Assembly: GCA_051362555.1 (NCBI GenBank)
Contig: CM120647.1
Location: 14,484,651-14,548,650 of the forward strand
DNA: 64,000 nucleotides
Source of the DNA: Lingula anatina
Lineage: Eukaryota; Animalia; Brachiopoda
Reading direction: 5' to 3'
The translations under genes and the position numbers were made by a program. Each line of letters begins with the position of its first letter. The stretch's first letter is position 1. Positions 14,316-27,474 of this stretch are shown in pieces. The notes under the pieces are model-generated. The model saw nothing but the letters and a program-made list of their open reading frames with translations. It was not told the DNA's origin and searched no databases.

Positions 14316-15998
14316 CAGTGCACTCGGTAGGATTTTTCTAAGGGAGTACCGTACCCCTTGCCCAAAAAAAGAAGGGGTAATTTTCAAAATCAAGGGGTGA
14401 AATTAAAAAATGCTCATCAAGGTGTAATTACTATGTCGCCTTATAGTGTTGTTTCTTTGGCTTTTTCTCCAAAAATCGGGGGGGGGGGGGGGGGGGGGGG
14501 GTGAAAATATAACATGTAATTTATTAGAGATTTTACATTGCTTTTAAATTACCACAGAAACAATCAAAATACAACAAGTACGACTGCACTTCATAGCCAA
14601 AAATTTACAATCTATTCTTGACTGAGATTTAAAAATGCTCCTGGCCTAACTGCTTCCTTAGTAAAGTTTTTAAAAAAACTAGGTCAAACAAGCGCTCTGT
14701 AATAGTTGGGAGAGGGAGAGATAGAGAACGGCGCCAAAATGTCTGGACACTGACAAGTAGTCACCCAGTATCCGTCTCTGTCAAACAAGCATTTTTTAGT
14801 ATACTATTTGAGAAGGGACACAAAATTTACATATGTAGCCATTCTAATCAATCAAAATGTTCATACTTCTTACTCTTCCTAGTGTTTCTCCCTAAAATTG
14901 ATGCCGACAAAAAGTACTCAGTAGGTCAAGTCGGGAACATTAGGCACCCGTCGTTTTTAAGTTTTACTAAATTGTTTATAAAAATTAAACCTTTGCTTTC
15001 AATTTGTAAATAATTACTAGAAATATTATTTCACAGTTTGTTGAAAGATAATTTTTATTTATGTTTGTTAGCGCAGCACTTCAAGTTCAACTGTTTTCTA
15101 AGCTGGCCAAATTTGGAGCTAGCCGGTTGCTGCAAACCACTTTGTTTCCAACCGGCAAATGACTGCCAATAATAAACGATCTATTTTGTCTGTGATAATA
15201 AATTTTACACTTCAAATTTTCCGGGCAAGTGAACAGCCGAAAGTCACTTGCGTTTCCGGGCAACTACCAGCTAAATTTTAGTTGCCCGGCTGATAAAACT
15301 AGTTGCGAAACGCAACCATCGCAAGTAGGTATGTCGGACTCTGAAATCTAAAGTAAATAACTTTGCCTACCTTGCATGACAAAACCTTTTAATTGACTGT
15401 TGTTTTTTTCCTTTGCTTTTCCTTTTTCTCGTCATTTTGTCATCACTGGTAATCAGCAGAGCTGGAAATTCCCGGTCGCCCGCTCGTCAAATGCGACTAA
15501 AAATTTATTCTGACGACTAAAACTACAAAAGTCACAAGGGTTACTGGCCTAAAGTATTTGGTCTGGGCGAGTGATTTAAATTGGTCCTAAACGTATGGTT
15601 GCTTAATTAAAATGTTGAACAATTATGTGAATAAAAAAACGATCATTTCATCGTTGTTCATACCTTGTTTATACTAAAGAGAGGCACACGTGCTTTGACC
15701 TAAAACTTGCATATTATGACCAATCAGAGAAGATTACGTCATCCTCTGCGGGTCAGTGAAAAAAGAAGCATGTTTTAGTCGGGTAATTCAAATATCTTAA
15801 GAAAAAAATGAGACACTTGGGAATCAATTATGACATTTTCAACATGAGTCTGACCGTCAACAGTCAACGGACTGGTCAACTTCGCCGATCTTCAAAGCCA
15901 AAGGTGTGCGTATTCGTACGCGCTGGGGCTCCAGCAAATGCGTAAAAACAGCAAAACAACGCGTAATTACGCACTCTCATACGCTAACGAGTTTACTG
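14316..15998. mobile_element. Possible non-autonomous DNA transposon or composite of fragments
   Basis: TA|CAGTGCACTCGGTAG at the left and CTAACGAGTTTACTG|TA at the right form a weak TIR with TA flanks. The interior is CpG-richer and has CAGAG-type ends near 15343 and 15457. No transposase ORF. Confidence 0.35.
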
Positions 15999-18900
15999 TA
16001 TATATATATAAGCACAGGTATTTACATTAAATGTTTACCTACCCAAAACAAGCAAGAATGAATCCAATCTTGCAAACCTGCCGATACTGTTATAAGCACT
16101 GCTAATAATATTGATTGTTTGCCTATTATACAGGGTTGTTTGCACTTGCATAGTGGCATCTTTTAAAATGGCTTAAAACTAACACACCCCTTCTGTTGAT
16201 ATACCTGCCGTATTACGTAACCTGGAGACTAATCTTCCATTATAAGCACAGTCATTTGGCACAGAAACAATCAACTGTAAGAAGGAAGAAATGGATATAT
16301 ATTGGCAAAGTACTAGTACTGTGACTGATATCCTTGGCCTTATAAAGAGATCACGGAATTTATGGCAAACCTGCTGAGCGAAGTCACAATTAAAAGGGCA
16401 ATGAACAGTCCTTGTGGCTGAAAAAATGTCTATTCTGAATCAAACATTGATCTGCAGGTTTTGTGTCATTACAGTGAGAGGGTGTTCTTTTTCTCTAGAT
16501 TTAGTTTTTGATATTTTTTATGTTGTATCATACAGAGAATTGCATTGTATACTTATATATTATATACTTCTTTTCATCATTTATTATTAACTTTATGTCT
16601 CTCTTAATCCTTACTTAAATTCTTACTGCAGATTAGACAACGTAATTAGAAAAGCAATATTTTGTCATATTGTCTCTAAATATTCCATGCAGGAAATCAA
16701 GTGTCATGTTCAATCCATATTCAATCATGCACTGACAAATGTGTTATGTTTAATTTCCATAGCAGACTGAGGCACTTCAAGCACTCCATTTGGAACAAAA
16801 TGCATGTGAAAAGGTTTGGAAATGTGTGACCTGCGTGCCACGCTAGAACATAACACCTAGGTTGCGACATGTACGACATGACCAGATTGACCACAATACC
16901 TCCATTATAAATGTCTTCACCTGGATTATCGCGGGTCATCACATTTTGTTTGTCACCTCTTTATCACCCCAACCGAATAAATAAATAAATAAATAAATAA
17001 ATGAATAAATAATTTGTTTAGATGTTTGCATTATTTAATAATTAACATCATTATTTTTGTCTTTTTAAAATCATTTGTGAACCTGGACTTTCAGCAGTGC
17101 CAGTTTTCACAACAGTCTCAACATATACAAAAGTTTTACTTCATACAATGTTTCCATACGTGCAACAATGTATCAACTTCAAACCCCAGTAATGCGCATT
17201 TCATAAATCCATCAGTACACGAATATCATACCTCACTCTAAACAACAAGAAATAACTGCCCCGCTGCTCTTGTGAAATATCCCTCTCCTCCATTCCATAA
17301 ACAGACCATAAAATATTGAGACTGCACCAACCATATTTCACCCACTGTCTCCCACCAGACATCTATATTGATATTCATCTACATGAGTAATCCAGTTTCA
17401 GGATATATATGTAGTTATAACAGGGGACCACAGAGGAGATAAAGGTGATCCAACAGTGAGTAATATCAACTCTATGATATCTTTTGTGCCTGATATACCT
17501 TGTTCAACAAAGACTGGCCACAGTGAGTAAGCAGCCCATAAATGGCAAACAATACTGAATAATTATATAATGACAAATGAGGGTTAATCTGGACTAAATT
17601 GTTTTTATGCCCAAGTCCAATATATTACATGTACACTGTGTCATTTTATTAGGTCCCACTTTCGTAAAAATATTTTGTTAAATAGCCATAAAAATCTCCC
17701 CTGTAAAAATGTAAAATATCTTTTTTCAAAATGCATTAGTGGCTTTGTCATTTATAGCAATCTCAATGATTGAGTACAGCAGTGCAATTTTTCAAGTCAA
17801 ATATAGCCTGTTGTATTAGAAAACTACACACACACACACACACAATATTAAGTGACAACTGCCTGAGAGCAGTCATGATCAGGAAAACGGAGCTAATTAT
17901 TCCACAAGATAAATATTCAATAATTAACAGCCATGAGGTAACAAAGCAGAAAACATACTTGAGGCCATCTTGAGAAATAAATTTGTAAGAATCTCTGTCC
18001 TGAGGTCACTTCATGTATTCTGGTAACACGGCCAAGTGTTATGTATCACTTCTCACATTTCCGTTTTGTTTAAACGCCTAAAAAACAAAACTTTGTCAAG
18101 AGGCAATTTGCTAAATGTAACAACAAAAAAGCTACCCAGATTAATTCCAGTGCAAAACGATACATCAACAGCATTTTTTACTTCACCAAGTCATTTCCTC
18201 TAAATCAAAATATCACTTACCATTCTTTTGTTTTTTATACGAATAACAATGAATAGCATTTTACACTTAGGCTCAATAAAAACTTCCACAGATTGAACAC
18301 AGAATAAGAAGTAACTCGATCAAAACATAAACAACTCTTTTCTTGCAAATTATAAAGGTCTGTGCTAAATACTTTTCAACTCATAGTCCATCAGGGTCAC
18401 CAGAGTATGGCAATCTACTGGCCTGAACCAAAATTTACTGGGGCAAGTCTTATTTTCAAAAAAAAAAAAATAAATAATAATAATAATAATAAATAAATAA
18501 ATAAATAAATAATTTTAATTAACACATTGAGATTAAACAGGCTTTCTGTTGCAGAAAAAAGAACAGAAACATGGGATTTTCAAAAGTTTATTTTCAAAAA
18601 ACAGAGAGAATAAAAAGCTTCAGAAACCCCCAATCCTTAGAACTGCTAAGGGGTAAGTTATTATCATTTAGCAGCTCCAGTAGGCGTGCCATACATTTAA
18701 GATGCTGAAGTTGATTGCAGTTTAGCAAGAAACCCCTAGGAGATGGATCGAACCTGTTAGATCTTTCTAGGTATAGGAACCTAGTCTAAAATGATCTGCC
18801 TATCCACCATCTACTACAGTCAGGTCTGTGCATTTCTAGGCTATCCAATCAATAAATTAAGTCTTGATATTGTCATTAATATTGAAGGAGGTATAATGGC

Positions 18901-19371
18901 ATCATACGAGACAATGGAACAAAGGATTCCAACTAAGAAAGCCTACAATGTGTCTGCGAACAAGACTCGGTGCCTTACAACCATTCTTAGACTTGAGGTT
19001 TATTTAGAACTATATCTGCTTAGATACTGGTAATGATACCCCCCCCCCCCCCCCCAAACATACACACATACTGCCTTGAGTCTTTGAAGAGCAAAAGGTT
19101 AACATATTCTAAATCATGCCAAGATAGTTATTTCAACCAATTCAGTATGTAACCACTCCAACTTCAAACATAATCCTCAAGCAGTGTACAAATATGCACG
19201 TTTCACAAATGATAATTGCCGGCAATATGTACATAATTACACATAAAAGCGCTAACCTAACAATGTAAATATGCTAATTAGAGATACTGTGAAGTAATGA
19301 AATAAGCCATCGCACAATGAGAGATAATGCTAAACAATTAGAGACATATGACTTCACACACCGCCAGTGGT

Positions 19372-19807
19372 CAGGTAAGAGTGACCACCTTAAAGACAGG
19401 GCTGGACCTTGTCCTGATACAGGTGAACTATGGGCAATTTGTCAGTTATTTTAAGTGAAGATTCATGTGGATGACTATTTTAAAATGACAAAGAGAGAGA
19501 AAGAAGGAGAAAGAGAGAGAGAGACAGAGAGACAGGGGAGGGAGGGAGGGGAAGGAAGAGAGAGAGAGAGATTATATCATAAATGTGGCTTTGGGACTGC
19601 ATACCTGGAGCACAGGTATCAGGTGTAGCTGCCACAGGAAACCTATCACCTGGAGATATCCTGCTTGATTTCAAATACAAAGCACCTGCCCTGATAACAC
19701 TAGGCAGTCTGCTCACATTAATTTCTTATCTAGTTATAGTTCATGTTTATCATTAACTTTCATTCCTGTTCTTTCCTGTGTAGTGTACTAGTATTTATCT
19801 TCAGGTG
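19372..19807. promoter_or_regulatory. Homotypic cluster of CAGGT(A/G) motifs (ZEB/Snail-type), candidate cis-regulatory module
   Basis: Eight CAGGTA/CAGGTG sites (either strand) at 19372, 19420, 19602, 19613, 19620, 19647, 19683 and 19802, plus GATA-like sites. Confidence 0.4.
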
Positions 19808-21053
19808 TACATAATTTCCTCCTCATCTTCAAGCTTTATCAACAGGACATGTGCGCCCATTTCAGTACAACTCAAAAGTTTTAGCTTCATGCACCATGTC
19901 CACATTTAAGGAAAGCTTTCCACAGAAACATGCCCTCTCACTTACTAATATGCAATTCTAGGAATTTCAGCTACAGCCTGGTGACTTCCCATTCAAATAG
20001 GCCTAGGAATTTTATCTTCATGTCATAACAGCGACATGTGTTCGTCTCAAAATATACAAATGCAGTTTAATCTATCTGAACAATTATTTTGTGATATTAT
20101 ATCAAGATGAGATGTCAATCAGCTGTTTCCTTGTCCACTTAGTGACTTCTCCTCTACATCACAGTGCTCTACAATGATGGAGACAACTGGATCTTTTCAA
20201 TAGAGAATATTGTGAATTTATCGTGTTTTCCAAAAAAATCACAAACTATTAAAATTAGAACATTTCTATTGAGCAGTAGCAAGAAAACCGAAAAACAGGC
20301 GACCTTTTAGTTCTTTTCTTTACAGAAAAGGGACAACAAATGCTTCACAGAATTTTTTTCTTTTTTACAACTCTAAAATAATGTATCTGAAGGACTGATA
20401 TTTTTTCATATTGAAAATATTGAATCATGACGTTAAAACATTTGTTATCATAGCTGTAGCAGGCCTCAACTGACCACAGAGTGACCGCCTTCACCCATAA
20501 CAGATTACAGTGACCACACTAGTAATTTTCACTTCCAGCATTTGGTCTTTTCAGATAACAGTGTTCACACTTAACTCACTGTCAATTAATCCCTGTTATC
20601 AAGGTAAGTTATTAATTGTAATTGCTGCCCACTTCACTGTGATGGGTCACCTCAGGCAAAACAAAGGGTTAAAATGGCCAGTTGAATTTATCACATGTAA
20701 AACACTCTCCCTTAAAATATTTTCAGTTCAAGTTAATGCCATCCTATGGGTGATTGCTGTGGGTGAAAAAAAGGGGGAAAGGCTTCTTAAATAATTTACT
20801 GTACTAAAAAAAGCCAGGGAAGAGGTAAGCTCAGGGAGCAAGAGAGAGAGAGAGGGAGGGAAGGAGAAGAGGAGAGAGAGAGTTAAAATAATGAATAGTA
20901 TTTTGACATATATGAGACATTCACAAACAATTTCTAAAACCAAAATGACCACAGATAAAGCATACCATCCTCCAAGCACATCCCAGAGCCGTCTAGAAGA
21001 TTTCTGTCAAGGTTTTAAAGCATGACCATCGTAAGAAAGAATGCCAACATTAA

Positions 21054-21175
21054 GGGTGCTTTCCCAGAGATTTAGATCGATCTAAAGACAGACGCTTAAG
21101 CCGGCCAAGCTGACAGTAATCTAGTGAGACTCCCCACAGGGATAGGTCGATCTAAAAATCTATGGAAATGGGGTG
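21054..21175. mobile_element. PIF/Harbinger-like MITE, family A (short copy)
   Basis: TAA flanks on both sides; TIR core TTCCCAGAGATTTAGATCGATC / GTCGATCTAAAAATCTATGGAAA; shares sequence with the copy at 45096-45307. Confidence 0.65.
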
Positions 21176-23837
21176 TAAGACAAAACAGGAAAGCCATCAG
21201 CGAGGCTATAACCACCAAGCCTTAAAGAACAAGTCCCTTTAACCACTCCCCATTGTGCATCAAGCCACGTCTCATGCTTTTATTCCATCATGATTCTCAC
21301 ATTACTTCTATTTCAACAACAACATCAACAAAAGCTGAAGACAGGTAAGAGCCCAGTAGAGGTCCAGGGTCCAGCTGAAAACAGGTAAGAAGGCAGGGTT
21401 CAGCAAAGGCCACTAACAGAGTCAGGTGGTCAGCTCATCGCCACAGGGAATGCTTAACAAAACACGATAACAATACTAATACATGCGAAATGGACGGCAG
21501 GAGAAATAATAGCAGCTCTGGTTACAGTGGCAGTGCCTTGTTTTGCTTGGACATCAGAGGAGTCGGCTTTCTGTTTTGAAAAATGTGAAGATTAGTTTTG
21601 TTTTAGCTGAATGTAGTCTTGTTCTTGTTTTCTCGTATAACCTTGTAATTTTCAGCTGACAGTCAAGTAAAAAAAAAAAGAAAAGGATAAATAGGTGATT
21701 GTCTTTTTATAGAGCTTGCATCCAGGGTAGAAGATTGCTTGTGACCAAATAAGTGAAAGACTCAAAATAACAATCAGTACTTATGCCTTGCAGTCAAGAG
21801 ACAAAATGTTTCTTCTGTTCCCACAAATAAATGGGTGAACAAGTTCAAATCCTCATAAAATATGGATTTATAGAACACAGCTCATATTCATAGTTTACTG
21901 GATTTTGATAAAATTTTCATTTTACCACTTCTTTTTTTTTATGAAAAAGCTAAAACTATAAATTTACTTTTTTTGGTCTGCAATCAAGTTAAAACATTTA
22001 ATTTTACTATTACCAGCCATACTTTCATTTCAACTTATTTTCCTTATTCAATAAAAATTAAAGCAGGCATTTAAATTTAGTTGCATTTCATGAGAGCTCA
22101 AAAATTATCTGCTGTAAATGGTGTATTCTCTCCTGCTGGCAGAGCCAATGAGGCACTGTGTTTTTATTGAAATTTCTATCGTTACCTTTCCGTTATCTTT
22201 CCGATCCCAAATGAAGGTCAAACACACACACATACACAAACAAACCAACTACCACCAAAAACAGTCTAAAATGACATATATCTCCCTAATGCTGTGAAAT
22301 TGGGCCTGCTCCTGAGAGAAATGAAGCATTGCTTTTACTGAGCTTTGTATCATAATCACCCCAATCCCTAATGGGGGTCAATGATCTCTTCCTGTCTCCC
22401 CCCCCCCCCCCCACCTCAATCCGCCACAACCTCTCTCTGTATCCATTACACTGTGAAGTCTGCCCTGCTGCTAGGACAAATGAAGCAGTGTGTTTTTATT
22501 GAGTTTCCCCTCATTATCTGCCCCCTCCCAGCTTGGCATAAATATATACGACATCTTTATTGATTATCCCACTTTTCCTGGATATGTGAGCTCTTAGGCA
22601 GCATTGCCGTACTTTGCTTAAATAGAGACTATGGTAGTGATACAGTCCATCTTATTTTCTCTCTAAATAAAACAAAAGGCATGATTTTTTAAAATCATTT
22701 CAACTGTTAATCTAGACAATGTTTTTTGGTCAGTGAAGCACCGTCTTCGAGAAACATTCAAAAACAGAAAAAGAAGAGCACTAATTATTATTGGTCATAG
22801 AATGTGTCAATATATTTTCTTTAGCCAGGGGGGAGGCATACTTTATTGGTTAAGTGCAAAAGCATATAGCTTTACACCAAGTTTGCTATACTGAGATAAT
22901 TTAGTAACACGTCCATGCTAAAAAAAAAATACAAAAACTACTTATTGCTATATGATCAGTTTTCTATAGTGTCCTAACATCAAGAGAAATAGTTACTGGT
23001 ACTTCAAGACAGAATTTTTAGTAGTTTTTAATAATTTATACTTTTACTATTTTTTGTTTTTCTTTCTCTTTCTTTCTTTCTTTTTTAAGATATGAAAAGT
23101 GCAATCAACATTTTAATTGCTGTCAACTCAAAATAATCAAGGAAATGTCACTTGTATTATAATTATAACATGTAACTTATTTATATTTAAAGAAAGTACG
23201 AGCTGCCTAAAGCACAAATGCTGTCCACAAAACTGACGAGTAGCCAGGAAGTGAGTGTAAAGTGGCCATTATACGATGATTCATTGGTGGGCCACAAAAA
23301 TTATACAAAGAAAATTAATCATATACAAAAATAAACATATGCCATTCTACAATATGGCCACGATTTCATACATATACCCATAATAAACTCAGAATAATGT
23401 GTTAAAATTAACGGCACGCGGATTTAAATAGACGGTCACAGTCGGAAAATTATCCAGGCCAAAAATAAGCTCCTCGTCCTCTTCTGAACCCTGTCTATGA
23501 ATAATACAATCAATCTTGCAACCTATAATCATTTTAAATAGGCTATAGATACAGACAGACAGACGTTGATAAAATTCAACCCAAATGGCATTTGTCATAC
23601 CAAGTTTGCACCTGGGTTTTATGTGATGTGATGGACTTGAAATACACGGACATCTAAGCAACACCCAAACATACCTAACCGGCAACCGGGAAAAAAACTT
23701 GAATAATTTAATGAGCGAGTATCGCATTACAATTTAAGTCCAGCAGGCGTCACACACGGTCCAATTTTCACAGCGACATTCTTGTGCTTCGTAAAATAGT
23801 ATCTGCTGTGTATTCAAATTGTTTAAGGAACGCTTAC

Positions 23838-24030
23838 CTCTTTTTCAATCGGTTGGCTTGATATCTTCACCCTCGCCCCTCGTGTTGCAGGTGGTTGTTT
23901 TTCAAAATGGCAATCAGACATCCGGGACCTTGGTCGCTTCCTCGTAATGACGTCATTATTCTCACCTGCATTCCTTATCTTCTGAATGCGATAGTTGAGC
24001 TCTGCCAATACAATGACGTTGTGGCGTGCT
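23838..24030 (-). promoter_or_regulatory. Putative promoter and first non-coding exon of the neuroglian-like gene
   Basis: CpG-enriched island, consensus donor GAG|GTAAGC at 23838/23837 and palindromic CRE TGACGTCA at 23948. The ATG exon at 3179 has a splice acceptor, so an upstream exon must exist. The link between the two is inferred. Confidence 0.4.
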
Positions 24031-25078
24031 TAAAAAGGATGAAAATCTTTTCAAAGTAAACCCCAACGGTTAATTATTCTGAAAATATGTAGCTGAAGAC
24101 ATTTCTTTTTTTTTCTCATTATATAAATTTTTTTCTTTTTAATTTTATTATACCTTTTTGGTTCTACACTGCAAAAATAAATACGCGAGCATTGAAAAAT
24201 TGGCCATCAGTACCAAACATCAAAAAGACCAAATTTGGTCAAACTCAACGTATTTTTAATCAATCACTTCAGTGACGATATACATATTTCAAATAACTGC
24301 ATTCAGTTGCAATGTTTGCTTTTCACATAAATAAATTAGTTTCGCTATGTCAGCTATCTGTAACAACTGCTTCACATGTAGGCCTACAGAAAAAGAAGAC
24401 AAATGTACAGAATGTCCGCAAAACTTCATGTAAGAGTAAGAAAAAAGGGGGTGCCTTCTGAAAAGCTGACTTTTGTGTTGGAAGACAAATAGTTAGAGGT
24501 TTATTTACAAACGCATGTTATTAAGTTATCTTTGTCACAAATCTCTTAAATTTTTGTAATACTTTTAAGTACTATTAAAATAATCTACTTTTAAACCGCG
24601 CTACACGAAAGACAGAGCGCTGTTTATAAATCTTATTATATACTACAAATTCATTTAAACTCATGTAAGGGAAGTAAAAGGGAGAAGAGACATAAATAAT
24701 CAGTTGTGTTTCTTTTTAATATTTTCTTATTCGTCAAAGTCGTGACACAGTCTCAAATTTCTTATGGTCATACGTTTTAACTCAGTTTTTTTCCCCGTTT
24801 CGCTTCATACAATAAAAAAGATTATAAAGCAATGCAATGTTATAAGGGAGATATGATATTTACTTTGTTGATGTTGGTTTCTGGGTAGAGGGGTGTTAAA
24901 GAGCAGGACCTCAAGTCAGATTTTGGCACGCGCCTTCTTTATACCCCTGTCTTACACCTGTTCACAAGACTTGCAAAGTCTTCTAGAATTCGATCGATGC
25001 TGGCAGTAGCTTAATGGTATTAGCGGTTATTTAAAAATGACAAACATTGAAAGGCTTTTCCCAAAAATCGAATTACAA

Positions 25079-25117
<39 letters not shown>

Positions 25118-25379
25118 ATGAAATAAAAATAAATACATTCACATCCGGAACATTTTCTTCACTTATCATTTTTTCGTTATCTTTCCCTCCTTGCAGTATT
25201 TGCAGACACAGACCCCCTCCTCCCCCCCCCCCCCCCCCCCCCCCCCCCCAACTATCAACTCACGCACACAAACTCAAACACATGTAGGCCTACACATACA
25301 ATATCAGCTGATTACTCATGTTGATTTCCCTTTCACTAGCTAACCCTGGCGAAGAATTTCCGATAAATCGAGAGAACAA

Positions 25380-25816
25380 AAAGATAATATTATCAACAGA
25401 AGCACCTTTGAGCATGCGCAGAAGATAACTTCGTTAACAAAGGCCGGTGTATACAGGTGAGACTGACGGAACTGACGTCATCGAGGTCACCAGGGGGTCA
25501 CCAGGTAGACTTAAAGCTGGAGACTTAATGTTAATGGAGGACGGTTCACAACAACACGTACAGAAGCCGTTAAAGCGACCGAGAAAGCGATAAGAGGGGG
25601 TTTTAACAGACTGAGATATTCATCACCGGTTGAAGCGTCGGCTTGACGACACCGTACTGAAAATACAGCTTCTCTGTTCTTTTTATGGTCTAGTACGTGA
25701 CAATGTTTTCATGAATTCAAATGTGACTAATTTGGATTGAGTCATTTGTAGAAAGAAAGAAAGAAAACGAGGGTTTACAATGTAAGCATTGAAGGGATCA
25801 CATTTCAAGTTTACAG
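25380..25816 (+). promoter_or_regulatory. Putative promoter and first non-coding exon of the tetraspan gene
   Basis: CpG-enriched; NRF1-like GCATGCGCA at 25412, CRE TGACGTCA at 25473; donor candidates AAT|GTAAGC (25781) and CAG|GTGAGA (25816). The first coding exon at 35552 is preceded by an acceptor. Confidence 0.45.
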
Positions 25817-26086
25817 GTGAGATATCTGAGCATTTGTAATTTGGGTAATTTATGACTTTGAATATGGATATTCCATATGTTCTGGTATAATATTTGTAAC
25901 GAATCCGTCCATTTTATAATTTCGTCGTACAAGCAGTTTTTTCATCAAGTGAAGGTAATTACAGTGAACATAGTTGGCTTCATGCAGTTCTTATAACGTT
26001 AAATATTATGTTAAATAATTCGGCGGACTAATTACGTTTCGTTCCCCAGATCCACTCTGGTTAATGGCCAAACTGTACCCCCCCCC

Positions 26087-26124
<38 letters not shown>

Positions 26125-26604
26125 TTTAACAAAATGGCGGATTCATCTCCCATGCCTAGCACCCTCACGAGAAAGATCAAGAAGAGGATTTAAGGAGTTT
26201 AAACAAGAACCGCAACAAATCCATAATATGGGGGGGGGGGGGGGGTTGCTTGTTCACTTGCCTCCCCCACACCCCCCTCTTGATGTTTTGAAGTCGCCAG
26301 TCTAATCTATTAACGATTTGAAGTGTGTACAATAATTGAATATTACGGTTCCAGACTGTCAGTAAGTCTGCCACTGTAGACATTACATAGGCTACTGCAG
26401 CTGACGAAACGCTATTTGTTGACTACTGTGCCATAAATAATTCAATAATGTGAAGTCACCGTTAAGTCCGCGTCGGCTTAAATGATGTACCGCAGTCTCA
26501 GAGAGGAGACTGGGTTATTACTTGACCACCGTTAATGATTATAAAGTGGCCTTATTTGGGGACGTATACTGGGGGATTTTTCTCGTGGTCCATCCCCCCT
26601 CTAT

Positions 26605-26610
<6 letters not shown>

Positions 26611-26686
<76 letters not shown>
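26611..26686. repeat. (CT)n and (GA)n microsatellites arranged as an inverted pair
   Basis: About 14 CT units, then TTCACACACA, then about 19 GA units; the two tracts are self-complementary. Confidence 0.85.
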
Positions 26687-26690
<4 letters not shown>

Positions 26691-26882
26691 ATAATTATTC
26701 CACCTGTTCATTAACTGATTAATTATGCAGTTATTAATTAAGTCTTCTTCTCGAGCTTGATTGCACTGATAGATTAAATAGTGTATGACAATAGGGGTAT
26801 TATTATATCAAATATGATTGTCCTTCCGTGAGTAGAGCAGATATTAAACTTTCACATATTGAAAGAACAGTCTTCATTGTTC

Positions 26883-27474
26883 TAACATAACGTCATGTTT
26901 TGCTTTCTAGAGATCAGAGTATAGTATTCTCTCTGCGAGTACTGACTACTGACTTCTACCTTTATTTCTGTTTATATACCTTCACATATATAATTACATT
27001 ACATTGGCTTCCCAGCCAGGTGGGTTGCCAGAGTGGTCACTTTAATTCAATTACACATGTGACAGAGAAGACTTCCAGACTGAGTCCTAAATGGCTTCTA
27101 CTAGTGGACAATAGGTTGATAACTTAAACTGATTGATCAAGGTGAATAATATAGTTACAAGGCAGAGGACCATTCCTAAATACATTTGAGGTGAATGTAT
27201 TTGTTAATCAAAGACATTGCTTCTTGTTTAATTGAGTTACCTAGTGTGACTCTAAACAGACTTATTTAAACATGACCTGTAAACTGATTATGTAAGTACA
27301 CATCCTGAAAACATTTAACCCGCACATCTATATAATTAATGTTATATAACAACCTAATAAACTTCTAGAAATTAGATTGAACTAAATGGAGTTGATCATA
27401 TTTATAGTTGCTATTTCAATGAAAAGTTGAGAAAACTGAAAATTCACTTAAGGCATTAAATTACAAGTATGACA
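26883..27474 (-). repeat. 3' LTR
   Basis: Direct repeat of 34342-34933. On the minus strand it begins TGTCATAC and is preceded by the purine-rich AGAAGGGCCCCAGGGATG (atypical PPT). Confidence 0.95.

Noticed and set aside
14477-14501. Long G/C homopolymers (also ~25222, ~47521, ~52175) as functional G-quadruplexes
   Set aside because: They are common throughout the window, often inside repeats, and their lengths are error-prone; there is no specific evidence of function.
23823-24008. 61-aa ORF as a coding first exon of the Ig gene
   Set aside because: Its phase-0 donor is out of frame with the signal-peptide exon, so it is treated as non-coding or a uORF at most.
26900-27127. Identical 75-aa ORFs at 26900 and 34359
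   Set aside because: They are chance ORFs starting at TTG inside the two LTR copies, with no protein features.
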